Below are positions 10,893 through 20,478 of a stretch of 64,000 nt of DNA, piece by piece. The position numbers were made by a program, and so were the translations under genes. A model generated the notes under the pieces. That model worked only from the letters and a program-made list of their open reading frames with translations. It was not told the DNA's origin and ran no database searches. How positions within the stretch are numbered: position 1 is the first letter of the stretch; each line of letters starts with the position of its first letter. The stretch covers positions 62,001 to 126,000 of the forward strand of contig JBLDXI010000017.1 in assembly GCA_047495785.1 (NCBI GenBank). The letters are read 5' to 3'. Source of the DNA: Lepidodermella squamata. Taxonomy: Eukaryota > Animalia > Gastrotricha.

Positions 10893-13800
10893 ATGTTAAT
10901 TCTTTTAACATGCTGCGCAATGCTTGCGTTCGGAAGTGCGAAGCCTCTCAATCTTTCGCTACTTGTAACTGTCACAGAGACTGGAAACGAGCCGATTCAA
11001 GGCATTGGTTGTAAAGCTGGCATTCAGGTTGCCATCGATGAATTCAATAGACGATTAGATGTGCTGCCGATGTACACAATCATTCCCGACTTTCGGGACG
11101 AGTCTGACGGATCGCTTGAAGCCACAACAAGAACCCTAGAATTTCTAAGGGATGCCGAAAAAATCGGGCGGGTGATTTCGCCCATTACCATGGGTTCATG
11201 GTTTTCATCAGGATGCGGGCCGTTAGGAAAGGTGCTCAAGCATATCAATCTCGTTCAAGTAGCGTTCGGCTGTAATTCTGCCAGTTTCGCGTCCAAGAGA
11301 AGCGTCTACCCTAACACCTTCAGATCAGCCTCGACTGCCAACTTGCTCGCCTATCCTTACTTGAAGTTTGTAATTGAAGTCGGAAAATGGAGCCGGCTCG
11401 CTATCATTACTCTGGCAACGAATCCATTCGATCTCTCGATAGCTGTGCGCATCAAAGATGAAGCGGAGGCTAATGGGGTAGAGATTTCGCACTTCGATGT
11501 GACTAAGGACATTGAGGATTTCACGATTCTCAACTTGATTAACAGCGACCCGAGGGTGATTGATTTACAGATCTCCTCTCCTACACTAGTGATCAGATTC
11601 TTATGCCTGACGCATAAGTATGGCTTGACTGGATCGAGGTTCACGTTCCTACTTCTGTTTGAAGCATTTTTTGAACCCATCGAGCTGCCAACTGAAGTAA
11701 TGCCTGGTTGCACACGACGAGCGATTGAAATACAGCTGAGATTTGCGATTTGGTCGGGCTGGACGTCTGAAGACCTAAAATCTCCCGGGATGAAATCATC
11801 TGCCGGTTACAACCTGGCTGAATTCGAAGAACGCTACTTCAAACTCACGAATGGCTTGAAAACCGCAGATTACGGCCACCGATTAATTTGCCACGATGCT
11901 GCTCTCAATACTTTGCTCGCCCTTAATGAGACAGAAACCAGATTGAACGAACAAAATATGACCTTGAGTGATTATCCGTCCTATCCCAATATTGTGATGG
12001 AGATTGCCAATGCTTCTGTTCCAAACGCTCGATTCGATGGGCTGCGCTTGAGGAACTTCAGCTATGATCCTAAAACCCTTGAGATGGATAACGCAGAGGT
12101 TCAAATCATTGCTCGATGGACACCGGATAGTGGTCTTGTCAACCATTATCGGGATGTGGTTCTCCCAGGCGCAAATCCTTACTCATTGAAAGGACATTCT
12201 TTTGAGCTACTGAAACCTCTGAAATGGTTCACGAAAAGTGGTCAGCCGCCCAATGATAGGAGCGTGGTGATAGATGTTAAAGACAAAGTTCCTATCGCCC
12301 TCTTCTACTCTGTTGTGGTCATATCCTCAGCGTTGGATCTAGCTCTGTTCCTTATACCAGTAAAGTATCTTCAACGTACGAATTCGGAATATGCTGTTCA
12401 AAAGTTAGCTGCGGTCATGCTTGCCTCCGGTTTGTTTCTTCTGAATGGCGCAAGCATTGCTTGGATAACGGAAACATCGAAGACAATATGCTACGTAAGA
12501 ATAGTTCTGGTTGTTGCTGGATTCGCATTTCTTCAAAGCTTTGTGTTTGTCAGCATATATCGACTAAAATCAAGTAAGCTTACTTCAACCCGTTCTGGTT
12601 CCAGAGTTCGACAGGAATCTCGGATGACTCGCATTTCGAGCTTCAAGGAGAGTGAAAACGCCGCAAAATCTAGAGCTATAGTTCCTCGGGCAAGAGGTGT
12701 CAAATTCGTTACTGCTCTGAAATTGACATGTTTGCCCTTATTTACATCTGCAATTCTTGTGGTTGTATGGCTGAGCAGCGACTATTTCTTTATTATTAAC
12801 GTAATTAATCCAACTCCACTTGATAAAGATCAAATTCAAGACGTATACAGTGTGTCCGTCAAATAATATGAGCCTAAATATAGCATTTTAATTGCGCCTG
12901 TTCACGAGTCGTGCACGAGGCAAAAAAAACGCAGCACTGAATGATAGTACAGCTATTGTTGTTCATTGCTGGAATAATATCAATTATTGCTCCGCCAAAA
13001 TTTGTATTATTTAATCAAGATAAAGAACATTCTTCGGAACGAAAGCATTAGCTTCGGGATTTTCACCTGCGAGCTTTGTACATTACTAAAGTTTTGGGGA
13101 CAACGAGTTGCCCTGAATATTCATGCAATAAGATCAAACGCGCAACAATGTCAACCTAATATCTGGAAAAAATATAACTATTTAACTGCGATTTAATAGC
13201 AAATTTTCTGATCCAATTCAGTTAAAACTGTTTGTACTAGCTATTGGACGTATTCTTGCGGATATGTGAAATTCACGTATATAACGGTTAGCCGATAGCG
13301 CCCCGGATGCTACACAAATTGGCGAAAGCGACATTACCCCTTTATTTCAAAACGCGGAACTTATTTCAAACAGATTACCAGGTCGTAATGGAAACTGCTT
13401 TAGTTGCTTTCATTGCATTTGTTGCATTTGTTGCATTTTATGCTTCAACGGCAGTTATTAAATTAGACATGCAAGATTACGAAAAAAATTTAGAAAATGT
13501 CCCGCGGCTGTTGAAGACCCAAGTCGATGGGCAAGTCGATGTACGCGAAAAAGGGGAAACCCGATTCCAAAAAAGCGGTTTGTAAAACTGGCCATGGCCG
13601 AATTCAAAATGGCCCTTGCAAAACAAAAAACTGAAACGGCTGAGGGAGAAGATGATGATGACGGAGATGAACCTGATAGTTAAGATAATTTTTTAAAGGC
13701 GCGGCTCGTTAAGAGGAAAATATGAGCATTCATGATGGTCAGAACATCACCTTCTCTATCACCTGAAAGAATTAAGACGAAGAAAGTTTAACCATCAACA

Positions 13801-14295
13801 CTAGCCAATGCATACAAATTTTAACTAGCAGTAGTAAATAAAGCTTTAGATTTCATTGACGTATTATTTTTTGCATCTCATGAAAAAAATGAGACGCCAG
13901 ATCTGGCACGCGCCACGCTTGCTGTTGCTTTTGGACTATAAATAGCCTCATATTATTTGACGGACACACTGTATATTCGTTCTGTTTCTTTGGTCTGCGA
14001 GTCCACTGGTGGTAATGTCTGGGCTATGGCTTTTACTTTTTCTCATTTAACATTGTTTCTCGTCGAGTCTGTCTTGCTGTTCATGCTGAGCCATATTGCC
14101 CATTTAAAACGTGATATTAATATCAAGTTTTTAAAAATTTTGACATTGAATTGCATTATTGCGATATCAGTCACGCTCCTACTTTCTGCCGTATTTGTGA
14201 AGGTTATTGACAAAATGATAACTGTCTCCTTGATAACACTTGTTTTGACCATTAGTACCATAGCAATTCAATTGGCATGCTTTTGGCGTGATTGA
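10893..14295 (+). CDS. GABA-B-like class C GPCR, paralog 2, interrupted by a TIR transposon at 12848-13971 (pseudogene or splice-rescued)
   Basis: Removing the element and one TA rejoins ...QDVY|IRSVSLVC..., matching paralog 3 DVYMRSVSMVC; both halves are otherwise open. Confidence 0.88.
12848..13971. mobile_element. Non-autonomous Tc1/mariner-type DNA transposon, 1124 bp
   Basis: Perfect 25-bp TIRs CAGTGTGTCCGTCAAATAATATGAG / CTCATATTATTTGACGGACACACTG; TA duplication at 12846-47 and 13972-73; no transposase recognised inside. Confidence 0.93.
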
Positions 14296-14492
14296 GGGCC
14301 ATATTATTTTTTAAATCGATGTAACCCACTCGAATACCACGTCAAAAACGATCAATAAACACTTCGCATTCTTACTTCCTACTTCTTACTGTACAATTAG
14401 ATGCAGGGTAAACTTGGAGGTGTAATTTTGGGCACTTCGGCTCTGCAGGTGAATGGCTTTGTAACTCCGTGCGATAAAGCTCCACAGACATT

Positions 14493-14891
14493 TGAGTCCT
14501 TGACAACTCAGCCACGACAACTCAGCCATGACTTTTCAGCGTGCGACAACTCAGCCTTTTAAACATTTATTTTAATTTACGACATCTCAGGCTGCGTCAA
14601 CTCAGCCTTTTCCTAATTCTAATAATATCGCGACAACTCAGCCTTTAAACTACTTAGTCCGGCTCACATGCTCGATCCGCTCGCATGGTAATATGGCTAG
14701 GTATTTTCACAATTGAATAAAGGCTAAGTTGTCGTGGGCTGAGTTGTCGCGATATTATCAGAATTAGGAAAAGGCTGAGTTGTCGCAGCCTGAGATGTCG
14801 TAAATTAAAATAAATATTTAAAAGGTTAAAGGAGTTATCGCAGGCTGAAATGTCATGGCTGAGTTGTCGTTTCCTGAATTGTCGAGACTCA
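14493..14891. repeat. Foldback/MITE with ~150-bp inverted arms built of GACAACTCAGCC subrepeats
   Basis: Left arm repeats GACAACTCAGCC, right arm GGCTGAGTTGTC; central CATGCTCGATCCGCTCGCAT matches, inverted, the cores at ~51165 and ~62190. Confidence 0.85.
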
Positions 14892-16505
14892 GTTGACGGA
14901 ATACGGCGATAAAACCACAGATTTTGTTGCATAAATTCCCCGTCCCTTACGAATGGCGCAAGTGCCAAGGTGATTAGGGCAATATTTGATTTTTAAGAAA
15001 TGTTATAAGCAAGGCGACTTAAACGTCGATTTGAGACCCCATCTTATCTCCCAAATAAATAATCATTTCGGGACGAAAATTGGCAGGGATATCCTAAGAG
15101 CTCTACTATCTCGGATACCGAAAGAAAAAAGGAAGATCCAACGATTGGAGGGCATTCACATGAAGTTCAGGCGAATAGCGGGTAATTTCTGACAATATAA
15201 AGATGCGGTTGAGCGAACAATAACTATCTCCCATCGCCAAAATTCAGGTGAAATTCGTAAAATCACCCAATTCTTCTACCGATAAATCGGGGCTCATCTT
15301 ACAAACCTTCGTACTAAAAATCATCGAGTTTTGAATTATGTCTGATTTTCAATCCTTGAAAAACATCGTCTTGCCCACAATTACCCGCCTTGCGGTACGA
15401 AAACGAAACGACAAACTTTTTTATTTTGTCCTTCTCTTCATCAGAGCTGACAGCAATTAAATAGAAAAAAATACATATAAAAAAGGCCGTCGAAAGATAG
15501 GCTCCAGCAGTATGGCGTATCGCCCTTGTCCGGGACAGTGCGCCTGTAACGATAGAGAACGAGCACATAAAGTATATCTAACAAAGACATCTTGAATGTT
15601 TTCGGTTCAGTTATTTAATAAAGTTGAGTAAATTTATGCGAATAAATGTTGCCAATAAGACCAAGCTTATGGCGGGCCTACAACTTAGCCGAAAATGACA
15701 TACGTTGCTCAACATCCGTAAACATAGACTGTTGGTTTACAATTTCACAAGTTGCATGCCTGGTTGCATATAATTTGTCTTGTCTCCGTATTCAACGTTT
15801 CATGGAATATGCTATTTGCCCTGACGCTATAATTATTATAGCCGTTAGTACCGTACATAAGTTCGTACGATTCTGATAAAGATGCTCTGGCAAACAAAAG
15901 TTTCGTATTTGCAATTTATAGCAATGAGATTTGCAGAATCGCCCAGGTGAAAATGATTGCTATCTGAATTTCACACATAATTTCGCCATCAAATACTGCG
16001 AGACTTTTATTGAAACCAAGGTCCCTGTCACCTTTAGTCCAAATCGTTTTCCATTTTCCAAAATTTGCCAAATTATCTTTATCCCACTTTGAAAAATATA
16101 AACCCTTCCTTTTTGAGCTCGCAATATTAATTCTCAGTAAAATGTTCATAAAAAGCGTCCATCAAAAGAGGGCTTTCCGACCCATATCAAAAAACCTTTC
16201 TGGACAATTAGAATAGCCAGGGTATACATGCCTTTGCCAAATGTCTGAGAGTGAATGTAATTGGGGCACGTGACTTGCAGCAGCGTGGAATATTAGCCAT
16301 AAATTCAACCAGAGAGTCACGATGAGTGAGGGTGAGGACGGGGACTAAAGACATTATAATGACGCTAAGACTTAATTATCCAATCATCATTAACGGTTGA
16401 TACACCAAACAATGCAAATAAGCGAATTTTATATAGTGATCAACTGCTTATATTCCAAGAAAAATTGCTTCTCTTTTCATTTTGGATATATTTCATGCTA
16501 TAGCC

Positions 16506-18785
16506 ATGGAAATCACAGCTGCTCTCATATTTTGCGCATTACTTGAGTTCGGAAACTCAAAGCCATTCAACTTGTCGCTACTTGTAACTGTCACAGAGAC
16601 TGGAAACGAGCCGATTCAAGGCGTTGGATGTAAGGCCGGAATTCAGGTTGCCATCGACGAGTTCAATAGACGATTGGATGTGCTGCCGATGTACAATATC
16701 ATTCCCGACTTTCGGGACGAGTCTGACGGATCGCTTGAAGCCACAACAAGAACCCTAGAATACCTAAGGGATGCCGAACAATTTAGTACGATAATTTCGC
16801 CCATTACCATGGGTTCATGGTTTTCATCAGGATGCGGGCCGCTGGGAAAGGTGCTCAAGCATATCAATCTCGTTCAAGTAGCGTTCGGCTGTAATTCTGC
16901 AAGTTTCTCGACCAAGAGAAGCGTTTATCCTAACACTTACAGATCAGCATCGACTGCCAACTTGCTCGCCTATCCTTACTTGAAGTTCGTGATTGAAGTC
17001 GGGAAATGGAGCCGGCTCGCTATCATTACTCTAGCAACGAATCCATTTGATCTCTCGATAGCTATGCGCATCAAAGATGAAGCGGAGGCTAATGGAGTAG
17101 AGATTTCGCACTTTGATGTTACTAAGGACATTGAGGATTTCACGATTCTCAACTTGATTAACAGCGACCCGAGGGTGATTGATTTACAGATCTCCTCTCC
17201 TGCACTAGTCATCAAATTCTTATGCCTGACGCATAAGTATGGCTTGACTGGATCGAGATTCACGTTCCTACTTCTGTTTGAAGCATTTTTTGAGCCCATC
17301 GAGCTGCCAACTGAAGTAATGCCTGGTTGCACACGACGAGCGATTGAAATACAGCTGAGATTTGCGATTTGGTCGGGCTGGACGTCTGAAGACCTAAAAT
17401 CTCCCGGGATGAAATCTTCAGCCGGTTACAACCTGGCTGAATTTGAAGAGCGCTTCTTCAAACTCACGAATGGCGCAAAAACTGCTGACTACGGCCACCG
17501 GTTGATTTGCCACGATGCTGCACTGATTACGTTGTTCTCCCTCAATGAAACCGAAGCAAGACTCAACAAGCAAAATTTGACCTTGGGTAACTATTGGTCC
17601 CATCCCAAGAAAGTGATGGAGATTGCCAATGCGTCTGTATCTAAGGCTCGATTCGATGGGCTGCGCTTGAGGAACTTCAGCTATGATCCTAAAACCCTTG
17701 AGATGGATAACGCCGAGGTTCAAATCATTGCTCGATGGACTCCGGAGGCTGGTCTTGTCTACCACTATCGGGATGTGGTTCTACCAGGAGCGCGCCCCTA
17801 TTCATTGAAAGGGCATTCTTTTGAGCTACTGAAACCTCTGAAATGGTTCACAAAAAGTGGTCAGCAGCCCAATGATAGGAGCGTGGTGATAGATGCCGTT
17901 GAGAAAGTTCCTGTGGCCCTCTTCTACTCCGTAGTAGCCGTCACGGCTATACTCGATCTCGTTCTGCTCCGTGTATCAGTAAAGCTTTTTCGGCGTAGAA
18001 ATTTACTGCCTACATTTCAAAAACTAGATTCAGTCATGCTGGTTATCGGTTTGGTTATTCTGAATGGAGCGAGTGTGGCTTGGCTTGTAGAAACGTCTAA
18101 GGCACTGTGCTACCTGAGGATTATTCTACTTATTGTAGGGTTCGCGTTTCTCCAGAGCTTTATTCTAGCTAGCATATATCGACTAAAATTTCGAAACCAT
18201 CCCTCAAGCCCTATTGCTGGTGCTCGATGGGAAGCTCAGGTTACTCGCGTTTGGAGTATCCAGATAGATAAATACTCCGTAAAATCTGCGGATTCAGCTC
18301 CTGAGGCTCGATCTTCAAAATTCATAACTGCTCTGAAGTTGAAATCCTTACCTTTAATTGGTGCTGCATTTCTACTTATTGTTTGGTTAAGCATCGATGA
18401 TGTCTCTGCTAATATTGTCATTAATCAAACTCCACTTAGCTACGACCAATTTCACGACGTGTACATGCGATCTGTTTCTATGGTCTGTCAGTCCGCAGAT
18501 GGTTACGCCTGGGCTATGGCATTTACCTGTTTAAATTTAACACTGTGTCTCGTTGAGGCTGTCCTACTTTTCAAGTTGAGCCATATCGCCCCTTTGAAAG
18601 GCGATGCTAACTTGATATTTTCCAGAATTTTGACATTGAATTGCATCATGATGATATCAGCAGCACTCTTACTCTCTACTGTATTCCAAGCGATTATTGA
18701 AAAAATGATAGTCATCTCCCTGACGACACTCATGTTAACAATTAGTAACGTAGCAATTCATCTTGCATTATTCTGGCATTATTAA
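16506..18785 (+). CDS. GABA-B-like class C GPCR, paralog 3
   Basis: Intact ORF from ATG 16506; VFT nearly identical to paralog 2; 7TM ends at FWHY-stop. Confidence 0.9.
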   Translation: MEITAALIFCALLEFGNSKPFNLSLLVTVTETGNEPIQGVGCKAGIQVAIDEFNRRLDVLPMYNIIPDFRDESDGSLEATTRTLEYLRDAEQFSTIISPITMGSWFSSGCGPLGKVLKHINLVQVAFGCNSASFSTKRSVYPNTYRSASTANLLAYPYLKFVIEVGKWSRLAIITLATNPFDLSIAMRIKDEAEANGVEISHFDVTKDIEDFTILNLINSDPRVIDLQISSPALVIKFLCLTHKYGLTGSRFTFLLLFEAFFEPIELPTEVMPGCTRRAIEIQLRFAIWSGWTSEDLKSPGMKSSAGYNLAEFEERFFKLTNGAKTADYGHRLICHDAALITLFSLNETEARLNKQNLTLGNYWSHPKKVMEIANASVSKARFDGLRLRNFSYDPKTLEMDNAEVQIIARWTPEAGLVYHYRDVVLPGARPYSLKGHSFELLKPLKWFTKSGQQPNDRSVVIDAVEKVPVALFYSVVAVTAILDLVLLRVSVKLFRRRNLLPTFQKLDSVMLVIGLVILNGASVAWLVETSKALCYLRIILLIVGFAFLQSFILASIYRLKFRNHPSSPIAGARWEAQVTRVWSIQIDKYSVKSADSAPEARSSKFITALKLKSLPLIGAAFLLIVWLSIDDVSANIVINQTPLSYDQFHDVYMRSVSMVCQSADGYAWAMAFTCLNLTLCLVEAVLLFKLSHIAPLKGDANLIFSRILTLNCIMMISAALLLSTVFQAIIEKMIVISLTTLMLTISNVAIHLALFWHY

Positions 18786-18810
18786 GTGGCATATTTCAAT
18801 ATTCCATCGT

Positions 18811-19689
18811 TTACAATCCCGTCACAAGGCAGTCAATAAAAATTTCGCATTCGTTGAATTTCAAAAAGTTTTTCAGAGATTTCGGCAGAGTAAGAGCCTG
18901 AATTGCATTGCTTCTTTGCAGCAGACCAACAGGAAAGGTAGCCAAAATAGCCCGACGCGCGTTTAATTGCAAATTCGTAATCTGAAACCGTTCAACGCAG
19001 CTTCTCGCCTCGGCTGAAATCGATTCCATTAAAGCAGGGTTCACAACGCCGTGTTTGAAGCTGTTGAGTAACAGTGGAAAGAGAACGCGTTGGCAATTTG
19101 CGAAAATGATTGTTTCCGCAATCATGTCGAAGTCGTCAGCATCTACATCTTCCAGACGAGCTCCAGCTCTGATTAGGGGCAAAATAACGGCTTTGATTAA
19201 ATTGAGAGTGGATTTGATCGGCCGATTTTGAATGAGACGATTTGAGCATTTCAACCATGCAACTAGAAGTGGGCTCCCAGGTCCATGTGAAAAATAGTCA
19301 GCGTAAGGCCCTGCAGACTCAATAATAAATCGAACAGGTTGAGGGCCCAATTCTTCAGCGAGTTCCGTCAAATTATCTACAATCCAGTATTGGTAAGAAA
19401 TGTGACCATACTTATCCACAGGAGGGGCGTATAAATGTGTAATCGGTTCGAAACCATACATTCCACCCAAGAGACGAGACAAGCTTTTCAAGAAAGAGAA
19501 TGTCTCTTTCAGTAGGTCTAGTCTGTTGTCCTCATTAGCATGCCTCAGCTGCCAGGTCAACGTGAAAATTGCGAGAGAAATAGGATGACGACGGCTGCGT
19601 AAGTCGAAGTCGTAGCTTTCTGTTGGCAGATCATATTCGCGGGTTTTTGAACGCAGGCACCAGCATTTGAAGCTCTCAATAGCGGCCAT
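18811..19689 (-). CDS. SOCS-box protein 1 (ASB-like putative Elongin BC/Cullin-5 substrate receptor)
   Basis: C-terminal NLQLNARRAIL...LPKSLKNFLKF matches BC-box plus Cul5-box; degenerate ankyrin-like SPLLVAW...LIRAGA; first ATG 19689. Confidence 0.75.
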   Translation of the reverse strand: MAAIESFKCWCLRSKTREYDLPTESYDFDLRSRRHPISLAIFTLTWQLRHANEDNRLDLLKETFSFLKSLSRLLGGMYGFEPITHLYAPPVDKYGHISYQYWIVDNLTELAEELGPQPVRFIIESAGPYADYFSHGPGSPLLVAWLKCSNRLIQNRPIKSTLNLIKAVILPLIRAGARLEDVDADDFDMIAETIIFANCQRVLFPLLLNSFKHGVVNPALMESISAEARSCVERFQITNLQLNARRAILATFPVGLLQRSNAIQALTLPKSLKNFLKFNECEIFIDCLVTGL

Positions 19690-20478
19690 AATTTTTATGG
19701 ACGAAGTAAGAAATAGGTTACATTTTTTGTCAACTTTCACGCTCTCGCTATATCAACACGAGAATAGTTGCTGCTTACGTCAATGATTCTATTAAACATG
19801 CTTATATAAACTAAGAGGTGTGCTGCACACGCAAAATGAAAAAAGAAAAATTCACGAAAGGGTAGTGAACTTACAAAGCTATTAAAAATGAATAAAATAT
19901 TGCGCAATGGCGGCGTGGCATATAATTACGATCTTCGTGGATGATTTCAGTTTTATTTGTCCTTTTATTTGTCCTTTTTTTAGCACGCAGCTATCTAATC
20001 CTATCTAATCCCAAAGGAGAAGCTTCTTTTGGCTTCAAATCATGCGTATTGCTTTATCGTGGGATAATGCTGGAGTCACGACTTCCTTTACTTAATGACG
20101 TTAGCTTCCGGTGATATGCAGTTTTCGTGTTTCCGATGGCTGCGACTAAATGTCTTTGAGGTAAGAAGTGTTGCGTGTTCGCGCCTTCCGCATTAAATTT
20201 GTCGTGCTCGTCTGCAAACAGATTATGAATGTAAACACGCCCTTGAAGCCTGTATGTGGGATAGCTTGATTCAAGGTTGTCGCAGTCTGATATATACTAA
20301 GGTCGAAGAAACGCCACGAGAACATATTATAAGCCTGCAAAAATTTATAGAAACTCACGTTTAAGATACCCGATACATATAATTAGCCCCATCGATAACG
20401 GTACAGGTTGCGTACTTTTCACAACATCGTGCACCCCAAGTTCACGGATCCGTACATTTTAGAACATTATTTTTTCTG

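Noticed and set aside
13307-13585. 92-aa ORF inside the TIR element as a transposase
   Set aside because: No HTH or DDE motif; the hydrophobic run comes from a short TTGCATTTG repeat.
14493-14891. Spaced GACAACTCAGCC repeats as a CRISPR-like array
   Set aside because: Eukaryotic context, 12-bp units, mirror-symmetric spacers, no cas genes; it is a foldback element.
14900-15600. Possible decayed SOCS-box gene between GPCR2 and GPCR3
   Set aside because: No frame recovers the shared SOCS-family motifs by eye.
11024-17765. Matching antisense ORFs (74, 118 and 87/115 aa) in GPCR paralogs 2 and 3
   Set aside because: Shadows of near-identical sense coding sequence; no independent evidence.
7440-20478. 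Acceptor-like AGs just before the GPCR start codons as trans-splice sites
   Set aside because: Plausible GT donors lie 60-75 nt upstream in at least two cases (~10808, ~20401), so ordinary 5' UTR introns suffice.
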